DNA of 64,000 bases from Felis catus (GCF_018350175.1 NC_058383.1:15750001-15814000), one strand, 5' to 3'; counted from the stretch's first letter, positions 38,919-51,830 are shown. Numbers and translations are program-made. The notes: generated from the letters alone by a model not told the origin.

Positions 38919-40445
38919 ACTCATATAATAGCAAGAAATTTGGAATAAGCATTGGAAATTCTAGTCATGGTTCTGCCACGTATGATTCTTGAAAAAGCAC
39001 AGAACCTCACTGGGCCTCCATTCTGTATGCTAAATGTTAAGTAAGGTCTCTTCCCCTTCTAAAATCCATTTGTTTGTAATTTCTATGAATTTCCTTGGTA
39101 TTCATGTTTGCCTTAAACATAGTAATTATATATGTAAAATGATCTTGTCCTGATTTCCACCAAAATTTACCTTGAGCATATCTCCTTAATCCCTCCTTGG
39201 AGAGACTAGGGATGGCAAGGGTGCAGGGGTTTGGTGTTATTTTGTATTACTAGAAGGAGCCAGCAACAGAATCTCTGGGCCAACATACAAGCACACAAAG
39301 TGAAATGCTAACCTATGAATACAAGTGATTAGAAATTAGTTACGGTCTATTATATGAAAAGAACAATAAACTGTGATGACATTAGCTATGGCTATAATTC
39401 TCTTTGAATCAATAAACAGAACCCAGAGCCAGTAGAGTGATAATACCTAATAATTTATCATCATACCTGTAAGTTAGGTGCAGAAATGCAGCTGCTCCTT
39501 TCAAATTATCTACATCAGGAATCAATACTCACTGTACAAGTTCTATACATTGAAAAAAGAAATCAAGAAGATATTCCCTGGTAGGAGAAAGCAGGTACAG
39601 AAGGGAAGTACACTGTTTTTTGTTTTTTGGGGTTTTTTTGACAGCAGGTACATATTACTTTTATGAATGGAAAAAGATAAGAAATAAAATAAAAAGTTAC
39701 ACCCAACTTCTTCCTCATAAAAATATGCTATGTGAATTTAACAGTAGTTTCCATTTTTATATCCATATTCTAGGTATATAAGTCATCAAATCAGGTTGTC
39801 GGATCAAGTCAGGGCACCCCAGTCACTATTTCATAAGAAAGAAAGAAAAATGCAATAGTTCTAGAAGTATTTGAATCTAAGGAACTTCCTGTATGGATTA
39901 TGGATTGAGCTTCCAAATTTTGGAGTTCTCTACCCTTTAAAAAAATCAAGATCCATCAGATGACAAAAGAAGCACTATGTGTTATAAAATGCCATGGAAA
40001 ATGGCACTACCCCATTGAGACCAAAGCACAGATTCTAATCCTGGCCTTCCCATCTCAATTTGAGTAAATCATTTTTACTTTCTGACCAAGTCTTCCTACC
40101 TGTAAAATGAAAGGACTGGGTTAGATCATTTTAGTCTTTATATTTTTCTATCACTAAAAATTCCAAAATGCTTAGAATTCACCACTTGCTCACCAACATT
40201 AGATGCTTCTCCTCATATTAACCTTAATCTACACAAAAGTCGACTATTGTTATTAATAAAACTACCTAGAAATTAGAAATCAGGAGTCGCTAAAATTGAA
40301 TGATGGACATTAAAGAAAAATACCTTTCACTGCTATAAATTGGGCTGACTTCTATCAAATAAATAAGAACCACAATTCATAAAAATACAAATGAATTAAA
40401 TAAATGAAAGGGCCTATAATGAATTTTTAAAACAACTCATTGAAA

Positions 40446-40683
40446 GGGACACCTGGGTGGCTCAGTAGGTTAGGTGTCCCACTTAAGCTCAGGTCATGAT
40501 CTTGGAGTTTGTGAGTTTGAGCCCCATGTAAGGTTCTGTGATGACAGCTCAGAGCCTGGAGCCTGCTTCAGATCCTGTGTCTTCCTCTCTCTCTCTCTCT
40601 CTGCCCCTCCCCCACTCACGCTCTGTCTCTCTCTCACTCTCTCTCTCTCTCAAGAATAAACATTAAAAAAAATCTTTTAAAAA
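40446..40683 (+). mobile_element. Can-SINE ~150 nt downstream of the TPST1 donor
   Basis: TSD aactca(t/c)tga. Confidence 0.9.
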
Positions 40684-40727
40684 ACTCACTGATGAAGTTA
40701 TATCTGTTCCAGGAACACGTTCTGTAG

Positions 40728-40730
<3 letters not shown>

Positions 40731-40778
<48 letters not shown>
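40731..40778. repeat. (AC)24 microsatellite
   Basis: Perfect dinucleotide run. Confidence 0.97.
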
Positions 40779-40780
<2 letters not shown>

Positions 40781-40830
40781 TTACTACCTGAACACAGGGT
40801 CAAAAAAAACAAAAAACAACTTCTACTCAC

Positions 40831-41675
40831 TTTGACAGAGATACTCCCCCAGCTTTCCCAATCATCTCTTCATGATGTAATACTGAGTAGTTCCATGGAA
40901 TATGAAGGAACTTTAAGAGCGTTCTCATCCACCGTTCAGGATGTAAGACAAGTTGTTCATAGTGAACTAACATGCATTTTTTATAGCCAACTTCCATACA
41001 TTGATTATACATGGTCTCTATGGCACGATTCCACTTGGTCAAACAGTCTCTATAGCTATTCAGGTCAAACCCAGCTATAGTAACTTTCCGAGAAATCATT
41101 GAATGTACTGATGCCCGGCCATCTCGGACCATGAGGAGAAATTTGGCATTAGGGAATAACCTAGCAAGGTAAGTTAAGGATTTCAGGGCAAAAGGATCTT
41201 TATTACATAAATAAGGGGCTGGTTCCCCATGCTTAACAATAATTTCTAGTAAGAAGGCTTGCATGGCAGAATCCAGCACTTCATCAGTAACACCAGCCTC
41301 ATCCAAGCGTATTTTCTCTTTACTTGACCGTGACCACATCTGCTTCAAGGCCAGGATTCGGGGAATGACTCTGGTTTCCTCTCCACAGCGAATATCGGGG
41401 TGTGCATCTAGCATGGCCCTCATGAGTGTGGTTCCACTCCGAGGCACACCTCCAATAAATATCAAAGGCATATCTTTGTGATAGGCAAAGGTTTTATTCA
41501 CTTTGATGTCCAGGCCAGTTCTCACAGTGGTCTTTGTGCTCTCCAATTTGAGGGGCTGGCTACGTTCTTCTATTCGGTGATGACATTCCATGGCGTGTTG
41601 GCCCAAGTAAAACACAGTCACAGAACTAATAACCAGACATGCCAATAGTAAGTTCTGCTTCAGTTTTCCAACCAT
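40831..41675 (-). CDS. TPST1: Tyrosylprotein sulfotransferase 1, first coding exon (codons 1-282, phase-2 donor); the remaining CDS lies outside the window
   Basis: [28 protein letters not shown]... carries a type II signal anchor, 5'-PSB motif [12 protein letters not shown], 3'-PB motif RDGRASVHS and sequons N60 (NKT) and N262 (NYS). Strong Kozak context AAGATGG. Donor TCAAA|GTGAGT at 40831/40830. Confidence 0.97.
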
Positions 41676-41776
41676 CTTGATGTAGTTATCTTGTTATTAA
41701 ATAGATATTCTGCTCAAAATAATTTTCAGAAAATGTTCAGGCCATGGAGATTCTACTTCAGAAAGATGATCAACAT
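41676..41776 (-). other. TPST1: 5'UTR part of the TPST1 exon with its splice acceptor
   Basis: Minus strand reads TTTTTCCTTTTCTCACTAG|ATGTTG: polypyrimidine tract, AG at 41778-41777, then 101 nt to the ATG. Confidence 0.88.
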
Positions 41777-42199
41777 CTAGTGAGAAAAGGAAAAAGCTAT
41801 TTTATCATCACATTAAAACTGTTCACAAATTAGTCATCAGTGATCACCATTACATTCTGGCTAGAAAGAAGCTAAAGCTGTCTTACATACTGTGATATTC
41901 TTAGAACACAAGTATACACAAGTGCAAGCAAAAATAAATCATTTCTCATCAGAAACAGCATTTCTTAATGTGACAATTCTGAAGCTTTGTACCTTCCACA
42001 GAATGGAAAAATAAATAAAACTATTTCTATCAGTGGGTTATGCAAATATTTAATATGACCAAGTATGTTTGAGGTCTAACCCAAGGCTCATCTCTAGTAT
42101 TCAGATTTGCTTCATCCCCAAGAAGTCATTATCTCCACATTCTACCCTAAAGAGAAATTACAGAAGAAATATAAAACTTCCAAATCTTTAACATAGATT

Positions 42200-42560
42200 T
42201 AGTTTATTCATTCCACAAATTATTTATTTAGATACTACAGGCCAGATACTTGGGTGTGGCTGAGGATAAGCTTTGAAAACAACAGCAGTGCACTGACCCT
42301 TGCTCTCAGGAAATAAAGTCTCATGGACAGATAGATATGCAAACAATGACAACAAAATGCAATCAGTGCCTTAGTAGATATAAACAAGAAGAGTATAATG
42401 AAAAGGAGCACATAAGTCCACCAGATGAATCTATAAAAGCCTTATAGAAAATAAGAGGGAGAGGTACTCTAAGCAGTAGGAACTTGTGTGCAAAAGCACA
42501 ATGGCATGACAGAACACAGCATGTTTAGGCAAAAAGTAGTTCAGAAGAACTGGTGTGTAC
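42200..42560 (-). mobile_element. L2 remnant
   Basis: ttattcattccacaaattatttatt...ccttgctctcagg...tgtgcaaaagcac. Confidence 0.55.
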
Positions 42561-42856
42561 TGTGAAAAGACAATTACGTGTGTGTTTGTGATCTAGCCTT
42601 CAGAAGAACAGAGAAGGTTTAGATACACAGAGTATTCTAAGCTGAAGATACACTATGACCAAGGTGTGGATGTGTAGAAGCAAGGGCATGTATGTAAAAC
42701 ATATATACTATGTAAAATATATATACTATGTATATGTAAAATACACATATTATGGAAATACTAGTTTAGCTGGAGCAAGGATATATACTACAAAGCAGAC
42801 AGCAATCACACTACACCTAGACTAAAAAAATGTACCCTGAATCCTCAGAGGGCAAG

Positions 42857-43245
42857 TGTGATGGTTAATTTTATATGTCAACTAAGCCATTATGGTGCCC
42901 AGTGTTTGGTCAAACACCAAACACTAGTTTGGTCTAGATGTTGCTGTGAAGGTTTTTGTTAGGTATGATTAACAATGAAATCAACAGACTCTGATTAAAG
43001 CAGATTACCCTTCATAATATGAGTGGGCCTCATCCAACAACTGAAATCCTTAGAAGAGACAGGTTTTCTGAAGAAAAAGGTATTCTCTTCAAGACAGTAA
43101 CACAGAAACTGTACCTGAATTTCCAGCTTGCTGCCCTGCAGAATTTGGACTCAAAGCTAACATCAAGTCTTACCAGCCAGACTGCTCTGTGGATTTTAGA
43201 AATGCCAGCACCTCAATAACATGAGCTAATTCCTTAAAAATTCTC
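42857..43245 (+). mobile_element. MLT2 (ERVL) LTR, partial
   Basis: tgtgatggttaattttatatgtcaact...aaagcagattacccttcataatatgagtgggcctcatccaa. Confidence 0.8.
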
Positions 43246-44002
43246 CCTTCCTTATATGTCTCCTAATAGTAAGTACACCTGGGGAAAGGACTAGCTATGC
43301 TAAAAAAAGAATACCTCCTGAGAGGCAGGACGTCTAGCTATGGACTAGTGAGAAGGTAGGCAATTCTCCCCCAAAACTAAGCAAGATGAAGCTGACAGAA
43401 ACCCCATCAGTCCTCTGGAAATCAACAAAGGAATACAACAACCTAAGCAGCATCTATGTTTGAAAAACTGCTAATTGTTGAGGAAGAACAATGAAAGTCT
43501 ATGACATTCTTGCCTAAGACTATTCCCACCCCACCATCCACTCACTTAGCAGGACAGAGGTTCTGCAGAGCAGAGCGAGGCAGGGAAACTATGAAGACTA
43601 TGGCTTTGCTCCCAGGATCAAAGGGAGTCACTCATTTTGGAGTGGTGAATAACACACACTCTCAGCTGTGCTGTCAGTGTAAGTGATGTTCCAGGTGGCA
43701 GGTGAGCAAGAAGGATGAACAGCTCCAGTAGTCTCAGTTTGTAATCATAATTGGCAAACTCAATGCCAGCTCACAGGTGCATGGAGGCAGAGGAGACACA
43801 AAAGGAACTGTCAGTCCTTAAACACCAGTGCAGATTTGAAAATGGCCTCAACTTTGAATGTGCTCCTCTACCCAAATGCAGATCCACTGGCAGATGAAAA
43901 GTCACACTGGCTTAAGATATCAGAGCACAACCACTGTCCAATGAACTGTGCTGACAGGAAGGCAACCCCTAGAAAGCCATGCTTAAAAATGCAAATAATT
44001 TT

Positions 44003-44004
<2 letters not shown>

Positions 44005-44046
<42 letters not shown>
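44005..44046. repeat. (GT)n microsatellite
   Basis: Perfect dinucleotide run. Confidence 0.95.
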
Positions 44047-44048
<2 letters not shown>

Positions 44049-44578
44049 CTGAGCAACTACATCAGCATACATTTATATGAAATGTCCATAAAAGGCAAAT
44101 TGATAGAGACGGTGGAAGCAGGAATTTAATGACAAATAGGCATGAGGGGACTTTTTGCAGTAATGGAAATGTTCTAAGACTGGACTGTTGTGAGACTTGC
44201 ACAACCTTATAAAATCTACTAAAAATCATTGAATTACACTCTTACAATGGATAAGTCTTAGGGTACATAAGTTATACCTCAACATAGCCGGGCTTTTTGT
44301 TTTTTGGGTTTTAAAGGAATACTTTCGTAGAAAAATATTTTGATAGTCTCAGTAGGATACACCAAGATCTGGTTTTTGTTTACTCATGTATTCATTCCTT
44401 TAGTCACATATTTGAACATATATTACTGTACCAGGCACAGTACTTCATTATAAAGCTGCAACAAAGAACCACAAAGTGAGAACAGGTTGAGATTAAAAGA
44501 TCAGCTTAATACGAAAACACTGCAAAAAAAAAAAAAAAAAAAGAAAGAAAAAAAGCATTAATTAAGAACACTGGTAGT

Positions 44579-44950
44579 GGGGTGCCTAGGTGGCTCAGTA
44601 GGTTAAGTATCTGACTCTTGATCTCAGCTTAGCTCTTGATCTCAAGGTCGTGAGTTCAAGCCCTGCATTGGGCTCCATGCTCAGCATGGAGCCTACTTTA
44701 AAAAAAAGAAAAGGGGTGCCTGGGTGGCGCAGTCGGTTAAGCGTCCGACTTCAGCCAGGTCACGATCTCGCGGTCCGTGAGTTCGAGCCCCGTGTCAGGC
44801 TCTGGGCTGATGGCTCAGAGCCTGGAGCCTGTTTCCGATTCTGTGTCTCCCTCTCTCTCTGCCCCTCCCCCGTTCATGCTCTGTCTCTCTCTGTCCCAAA
44901 AATAAATAAACGTTGAAAAAAAAATTTAAAAAAAAAAAAAGAAAAAAAAA
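44579..44950 (+). mobile_element. Short older Can-SINE (44579-44713) with a young SINEC_Fc (44714-44950) in its tail
   Basis: Two tandem SINE heads. Flanks aagaacactggtag / aggaacattggtgg. Confidence 0.9.
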
Positions 44951-45634
44951 AGGAACATTGGTGGCAACATAGCATTGAAATATCTATGCAAAAAACAGAA
45001 TCCGTGATATAGAAGACACACTTAAGATGTTATAGCAATATTCAGTTTAAAAGGGGGCAGGTAGGAAGAAAACAATGGAGAGAAAAGAAAGTAACACAGA
45101 AAATGGAATGAAAAAGAAAAACAACATTTTAAAAATGATATTTAGGTAGAGATCTGAACAGTGAGTAGGAATTAAGTAAAGTGAAAACAAGAGCATTCTA
45201 AGCAAAAGCAAATGGATATACAAAAGCCTTGCAATGGAAAGGCATTTTAAAGCTTTTAAGGAGCTAGGTAAAGCAGTGAGCAAGAAAAACAGGTCAATGA
45301 TGAAACTGGAAAGATGGGTAGGGGTCAGATTGTAAATCTGGTGGATCAGTTTAGGGATATGAAATAGGGATAGATGCAATCAGATGTGACTGATTTAAAG
45401 ATTTTTAAGCAGGGAGTTACTTAATCCTATTCAGATTTATACACTCTCACTCTAGCCAAAACCATCTTGAAAAAGAATAATGCTAGAATATGCACAATTC
45501 CCAACCTCAAAACTTAACTACAAAATTACAATAATGAAGACAATGTAGTGCTGGCATAAAAACAAGCATACAGATGAATGGAACAGAATCACAAATCCAG
45601 TAATATACCTTTACATTTATGGTCAATTGATTTT

Positions 45635-46298
45635 TCTTTTCTTTCTTTTTACTTAATTACGTTTTTTATTTTTATTCCAGTACAGTTAACAAAAGGTGTT
45701 ATATGAGCGTTAGGAGTGCAATATAGTGATTCAACACTTCTACACATTACTCAGTGCTCATCATGATAAGTACACTCTTTAATCCCCTTCATCTATTTCA
45801 CCTTATCCCCTACCCACAGCTCCTCCGGTAACCATCAATTTGTTCTCTACAGTGAAGAATCTGTTTCTTGGGGCGCCTGGGTGTATCAGTCGGTAAAGTG
45901 TCCGACTTCGGCTCAGGTCATGATCTCACAGTTCATGAGTTCGAGCCCCGCGTCAGGCTCTGTGCTGACAGCTCGGAGCCTGGAGCCTGCTTCGAATTCT
46001 GTGTCTCCCTCTCTCTCTGCCCCTTCCCCACTCTCTCTCTCTAAGAAAAAATTAAAAACATTAAAAATTTTTTAAAAAAAGAACACATTTCTTGGTTTCT
46101 CTGTTTTTTTCCTTTGTTTGTTTCTTAAATTCCACATATGGGTGAAATCATACAGTATTTGTCTTTCTCTGACTATTTCACTTAGCATTATACTTTCTAG
46201 CTCCATCCACGTTGTTGCAAATGTCAAGATTTCATTATTTTTTATGGCTGAATAATTTTCCATTGTATGTGTATGTGTGCGGTGTGTATATATATATA

Positions 46299-46341
<43 letters not shown>

Positions 46342-46770
46342 GTGTATGTGTGCATATGTGTGTGTATCTCCTGCTTCTTTATCCATTCATTTATCTATGA
46401 ACACTGTGCTGTCTCCATATCTTGGCTAGAGGAAATAATGCTGCTATAAACATGGGGTGAATGTATTCCTTTGAATTAGTGTTTTTGTAGTTTGGGGTTA
46501 GATACCCAGTAGTGCAATTACTAGGTTGTAGGGTAGTTCTATGTTTAACTTTTTGAGGAAACTCCATACTGTTTTCTAGAGTGGCTGTACCAGTTTGCAT
46601 TCCCACCAATAGTGCACAAGTGTTCCTTTTTGTCCACATGCTCATCAACACTTATTTTTTCTTGTGTTATTTTTTTAATTTTAGCCATTCTGACAGGTGT
46701 GAGGTAATATCTCATTATAGTTTTGATTTGCAATTCTCTGATGACGCATGATGTTGAGCATCCTTTGATG
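45635..46770 (-). mobile_element. Carnivore L1 3' end in minus orientation, containing a SINE and a (TA)n tract
   Basis: Reverse-complement 3'UTR and ORF2 C-terminus (MENYSAIKNNEILTFATTWMELESIMLSEI). Confidence 0.85.
45869..46078 (+). mobile_element. Can-SINE
   Basis: SINE consensus motifs. Confidence 0.88.
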
Positions 46771-47168
46771 TGAGGAAAGAGCAACCTTTTCAACAAATGG
46801 TGCTGGGAAAACTGGATATCCACATGTGAAAGAATGAAGTTGAACACCTGTTCACAAAAATTTACTCAAAATGAACCGGAGACCTAAATGTAAGAGCTAA
46901 AACTATAAAACTCTGAGAAGAAAACAGGTGTAAATCTTTGTGGCCATAGTTTCTTAGATACAAGACCAAAAGTATAAGAGACATATTAAAAACAGATAAA
47001 ATAGACTTCATCACAACTAAAAACATTTGTGCCTCAAAGAACACCATTCTGAAGGTGAAAGACAAATCAAAAAATGAGAGAAAATATATACAAATCACGT
47101 ATCTAATAAAGGACTTCTATCCAGAATATATAAAGAACTGTTACAATTCAACAATAAAGATAAATAAC

Positions 47169-47986
47169 AACTCATCATCAAGGAAATACAAATTAAAACC
47201 ACAATGAATACCACCTCACACCAGTCAGAATGACTAAAATTAACAACTCAGGCAACAACAGATGTTGGCGGGGATGCGGAGAAAGACGATCTCTTTTGCA
47301 CTGCTGATGGGAATGCAAACTGGTGCAGCCACTCTGGAAAACAGTGTGGAGGTTCCTCAAAAAATTAAAAATAGGCCTACCCTATGACCCAGCAATTGCA
47401 CTACTAGGTACACATCCAAGGGATACAGGTGTGCTCTTTCGAAACATGCACCCCAATGTTTATAGCAGTGCTATCAACAAGAGCCAAAGTAGGGGAAGAG
47501 TCCAAATGTCCATCGACAGATGAATGGATAAAGAAGATGTGCACACACAGACACACACACAATGGAGTATTACTCAGCAATCAAAAAGAATGAAATCTTG
47601 CTATTTGCAACAATGTGGGTAGAACTAGAGGGTATTATGCTAAGCAAAATAAGTCAGAAAAAGACAAATATCATGTGACTTCATTCGTGTGGAATTTAAG
47701 ATACAAAACAGATGAACATAAGGGAAGGGAAGCAAAAATAATGTAAAAACACGGAGGGAGACAAAACATTAGAGACTCTTAAATATAGAGAATAAACTGA
47801 GGGTTGCTGGAGGGGCTGTGTAAAGGGGGGATGGGCTAAAATAGGTAAGGGGCATTAAGGAAGAAACTTGCTGGGATGAGCACTGGGTATTATACATAGG
47901 GGATGAATCACTGGAATCTACTCCTGAAATCATTATTGCACTATATGCTAACTTGGATGTAAATTTAAAATTAAAATTTTTTTGAA
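47169..47986 (+). mobile_element. 5'-truncated feliform L1 3' end
   Basis: TSD aaagataaataac at 47156-47168 and 47987-47999. ORF2 C-terminal homology. Confidence 0.9.
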
Positions 47987-48779
47987 AAAGATAAATAACC
48001 CAATAAAAAGTGGGCAAAAAATCTGTATAGACATTTTTCCAAAGAAGATATATAAATGGTCAATGTGCACTTGAGAAGATGTTCAATATCATCTCTTTAG
48101 GAAAGTGCAAATCAAAACCACAATGGGATAGCATTTAATACCCATTAGATGGCTACAATCAAAAACAGATCACAAGTGTTGATAAAAATGTGGAAAAATT
48201 GGAATACTCATATACTGCTGGTGGGTGGGACTGTAAAATGGTGTAGCCACTTTAGAAAAGTTTGGCAGGTCCTCAAAAGGGCAAATGTGGAACTAGCTAG
48301 CATATGATCCAGCAATTCCGCCCAAGAGAATTAAAAACGTATTCACAGAAAAACTTGTACACAGATGTTCACAGCATCATTATTCATAGCTAAAAAGTAG
48401 CAACCCCAATGTCTACCAACTGATAAATGGATAAACAAAATATGGTATATCCATGCAATGGAGTATTATCCAGCCATAAAAGGTGTGAAGTACTGATATA
48501 GAATTTAATGTAGACAAAGCATGAAAACATTATTCTGATTAAAGCAACTCATAAAAGATCATATATGATTCCATTTATATGAAATGTCCAAAACAGGCAA
48601 ATCTGTAGACAGAAAAATTAGTAGTTGCCTGGGGCTGAGGGGAGAGGGAAGATGAAAGTGACTACTATGTAGTTTCTTTTTGGGGTGATGAAAATGTTCT
48701 AAACCTAGACTGTGGAGAATTTTTTGGTTATGTGGATTATATCTCAAATAATATTGTTTTTTTTTTTAAAAAAAAAACA

Positions 48780-49660
48780 CCATACACTTAATAGACTGGC
48801 TAAAATAAAAAAAAAAAAACAAAAACACTTGGCAATATTGAGTGCTAATAAAGATGAGGAGCAACTGAACTCCTACATTTCTGGGAATACACAATGATAC
48901 ATCTGAAAAGGTGTTCTGTAAATTCTAATAATGTAAACATACTTACCTACAACCCAATAATTGTACTACTGAGATTTATCCTACAGAAGTGAAATCTATG
49001 TTCACATAAAACCTGCATGTGAATGTCTATAGTAGCCCTGTTCACAATCACCAAAAACTGAAAACTAACCCAATGTCCTTCAGTGTGTCAATCTAGATAA
49101 ACCATGGTACATCCATTGCTGGGATACTACTCAGCAACAAAAGGAACAAACTCTTGATACACACAACTTGGGTGAATCCCAAAGGTATTATGCATGCTGA
49201 ATGAAAGAAGCCAATCTCAAAAAATATTCCTATTTATAAAATAGTCTCAAAAATGCAAAACTATAGATCACTGGATGCCAGAAAACTGTTAACTTTAAAC
49301 GGATATAGAGTTTTCTGAGATGACAGAACTATTCTGTCTCCTGACTGCTGTAGTTGTTACATGAATAAATATATGTATTAAAATTCACAGAACCGGGGCG
49401 CCTGGGTGGAGCAGTCGGTTAAGCGTCCGACTTCAGCCAGGTCACGATCTTGCGGTCCGGGAGTTCGAGCCCCGCGTCGGGCTCTGGGCTGATGGCTCAG
49501 GGCCTGGAGCCTGTTTCCGATTCTGTGTCTCCCTCTCTCTCTGCCCCTCCCCCGTTCATGCTCTGTCTCTCTCTGTCCCAAAAATAAATAAACGTTGAAA
49601 AAAAAAATTAACAGAACTATGCATCAAAAGAAAAAATCTATTTTACTATACAATAATCTT
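48780..49660 (+). mobile_element. Ancient L1M 3' end containing a young SINE
   Basis: Decayed L1 3' motifs (tactcagcaacaaaaggaa, gaatgaaagaagccaatc). Confidence 0.6.
49394..49608 (+). mobile_element. Young SINEC_Fc-type SINE
   Basis: TSD aaaatt(c/a)acagaac. Confidence 0.95.
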
Positions 49661-49688
49661 TAAAACAAACAACAACAACAACAAAAAC

Positions 49689-49900
49689 TGGGGTGTCTGG
49701 GTGGCTCAGTCAGTTAAGCCTCTGACTTCAGCTAAGGTCATGAACTTGCAGTTTATGAGTTCAAGCCCCACACTGGGCTCTGTGCTGACAGCTCGGAGCC
49801 TGGAGCCTGCTTCAGATTCTGTCTCCCTTTCTTTCTGCCCCTCCATAGTTCACACTCTGTGTCTCTCTCTCAAAAATAAATAACATTAAAAATTTTAAAA
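49689..49900 (+). mobile_element. Can-SINE
   Basis: SINE consensus motifs. Confidence 0.85.
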
Positions 49901-50789
49901 CAAAAAAAATTTTAAGAGAAATTTGAGAAGAAAAATGGGGGACGGGGAAGAAAGATGAACACCAAAGAAAGATCGAACACCAAAAACAGGTGAATTTTTT
50001 ATTCTAAATCTTCTAGTTAATGTTTCTGATCAAGAATTATTTACTGGTGATAAATTCAGTGGTAATAGAAATACATTAAATAAATAATGGGTTTTACTGA
50101 GAAGAGCAGAGAAATGATCTTAGGAAAATTGTTTCATGTTTTCCATTTTATGAACACCGAGATGAAATAAAAATTCATTTAAATCTGAACATAGCAAGCA
50201 AAACTTACTTAGTGAAGCAAAGAGAAGTGCTCTTAGGGATGCAATTAACTCTAATAACGGTTGGTTTCACTTTAGATAATTATATAGGAATGATTCCTCT
50301 AGCACATTCCATTTGTTTGTGCAGTGGTAGGTGTGTAATGCATGTTTAATGAGAGAAGAGCAGTAATCGCTAAGAAATCACTCTAAAATGGCAAAGCTTT
50401 TTGGTAAAATTTAGTACTACATGCATTTTAAATTACATTTAACTTAACCTCTGATACATGTCAGAATTCAATATGTAACAAATGAGTCAACTTCTTTCAA
50501 AAATAACTTGTGCAACAATTTAAAATTCAATTGTATAAAAACAAGATAACTACCTCTGTGAAATCTTCTCTAAGCACATATCAGATACAAAATATTCACC
50601 AACCAAAAGCTAACATGACAGAGCTCCAAGTTACTATAGCAGCAACCAATGGGAAGTAAAACTTCCCATTAAAATACCCCAAATTCTCAGTAAAATACCT
50701 AACAAGACAAAACCCATAAATATGTTAACATGTTTCCATGTCCAGAAACATACTTGTAAGTCACTTTAATGGCTTCCTAATAACTTTAC

Positions 50790-51830
50790 TGAAAGGATCT
50801 AGAACTAAACCAATGTGGGTTTGCTCTCTGGTAAGTTATAGGTAGAGACCAGGTAGAGAGTTATCACACAAAGGAAACTATTTGCAGCAAATAAAGAGAT
50901 CAGGGAGCATAACTTCCAAAGTAGTGAATCCCTGAGCAGGGGTGAGTGGGTTCCTTTTTTTTTGTTTTTAATTTTTTTTAAGCTTATTTGTTTATTCTGA
51001 GAGAGAGACAGTGTGCCTGCACAAGAGCAGGGAGAGGGAGAGAGAGAATCCCAAGCTGACTCCACACTGTCAGTGCAGAGTCCAATGTGGGGCTCAAACC
51101 CATGAACTGCGAGATCATGACTGAAACCAATAGTTGGACGTTTAACGGAGTGAGCCACCCAGGCACCCCAGTGAGTTCCTTTTATTTAGGGATAGGATGA
51201 ATATTCAGAAAAGGAAGCTCTGTCATCAAATGTAAAGGCAGGCATAAGACTGCATGGGGGTACTTAGAAAACAGTTCTATACATGCATCCTATGTTACAT
51301 TTAATGAACCTCATACTCCTCCGAGGATGGAGATTTTAACATAATGAAGCAGAGGGAATTGTCAGAGGAGGGGCTTTGGATATGCTCTGAGAGCCTGTAT
51401 AAACTAGATGGGGTTTTGGGCTCCTTATCTCAGGAAAAAAACGCAGGACTTTGCTTACTTATGAAACAGCGCTGTAAGTTTTTACTACTGATTTATTGTC
51501 TCTGAAATGGTTAGGCTATCTCCTGGCCTAGTAGAGACTGTTAGTTTTTGCATTCCATTTGTTCCTTTAAAATCTTTAACTACTGAAGTTTTTGTATTTC
51601 TTTGTAATTCTAACCTTCAAGAAAGTTCTGAGAAAGTTCTCCAAGAAAGTCCAGGAAAGTGTGCTTGGGCAAGTAGGGCACAGACCTTGGGGGTGAGGGG
51701 TGGGGAAGATGGCTAGGGGCTTAAAATGACCTCTCTTATGTCACAAATGTTATGTTTTTTTTCTGGGGACCCCGAACTCTTTCTGCTTACAGAGCTACCA
51801 ACAATTATTTGGCCAGTTCTCTATAGTTAT
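50790..51830. mobile_element. Probable ERV1-type LTR interrupted by a SINE
   Basis: LTR-like motifs (ttgcagcaaataaagag...aacttccaaag) with a composition shift. Family and orientation unresolved. Confidence 0.45.
50955..51169 (-). mobile_element. Can-SINE
   Basis: TSD agtg(g/a)gttcctttt. Confidence 0.88.

Larger units (their letters stand above)
45450..48760 (+). mobile_element. Old L1MA/MB ORF2 3' part and 3'UTR hosting two younger L1 insertions
   Basis: ORF2 homology resumes after each insert (45450-45634, 46775-47168, 48000-48760). Confidence 0.8.

Noticed and set aside
1..40700. Further TPST1 coding exons (expected to begin ...VERSTDQVIKPVN)
   Set aside because: Not seen in the ORF track or by eye, so probably beyond position 1. 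A short exon could have been missed.
40827..41675. The 282-aa ORF as a complete single-exon gene or TPST1 retrocopy
   Set aside because: It is bounded by a canonical acceptor and donor, has no poly(A) or TSD, and the stop lies in the intronic GTGAGT.
42691..42752. Short ~18-nt tandem repeat (tatgtaaaa.atatatac), with similar small duplications at ~21679 and ~33742
   Set aside because: Ordinary slippage duplications with no spacers and no array structure.
45635..47986. Twin-priming inversion joining the minus L1 (45635-46770) and the plus L1 (47169-47986)
   Set aside because: Both contain L1 3' ends, they are separated by host L1 sequence, and the plus copy has its own TSD, so they are independent insertions.
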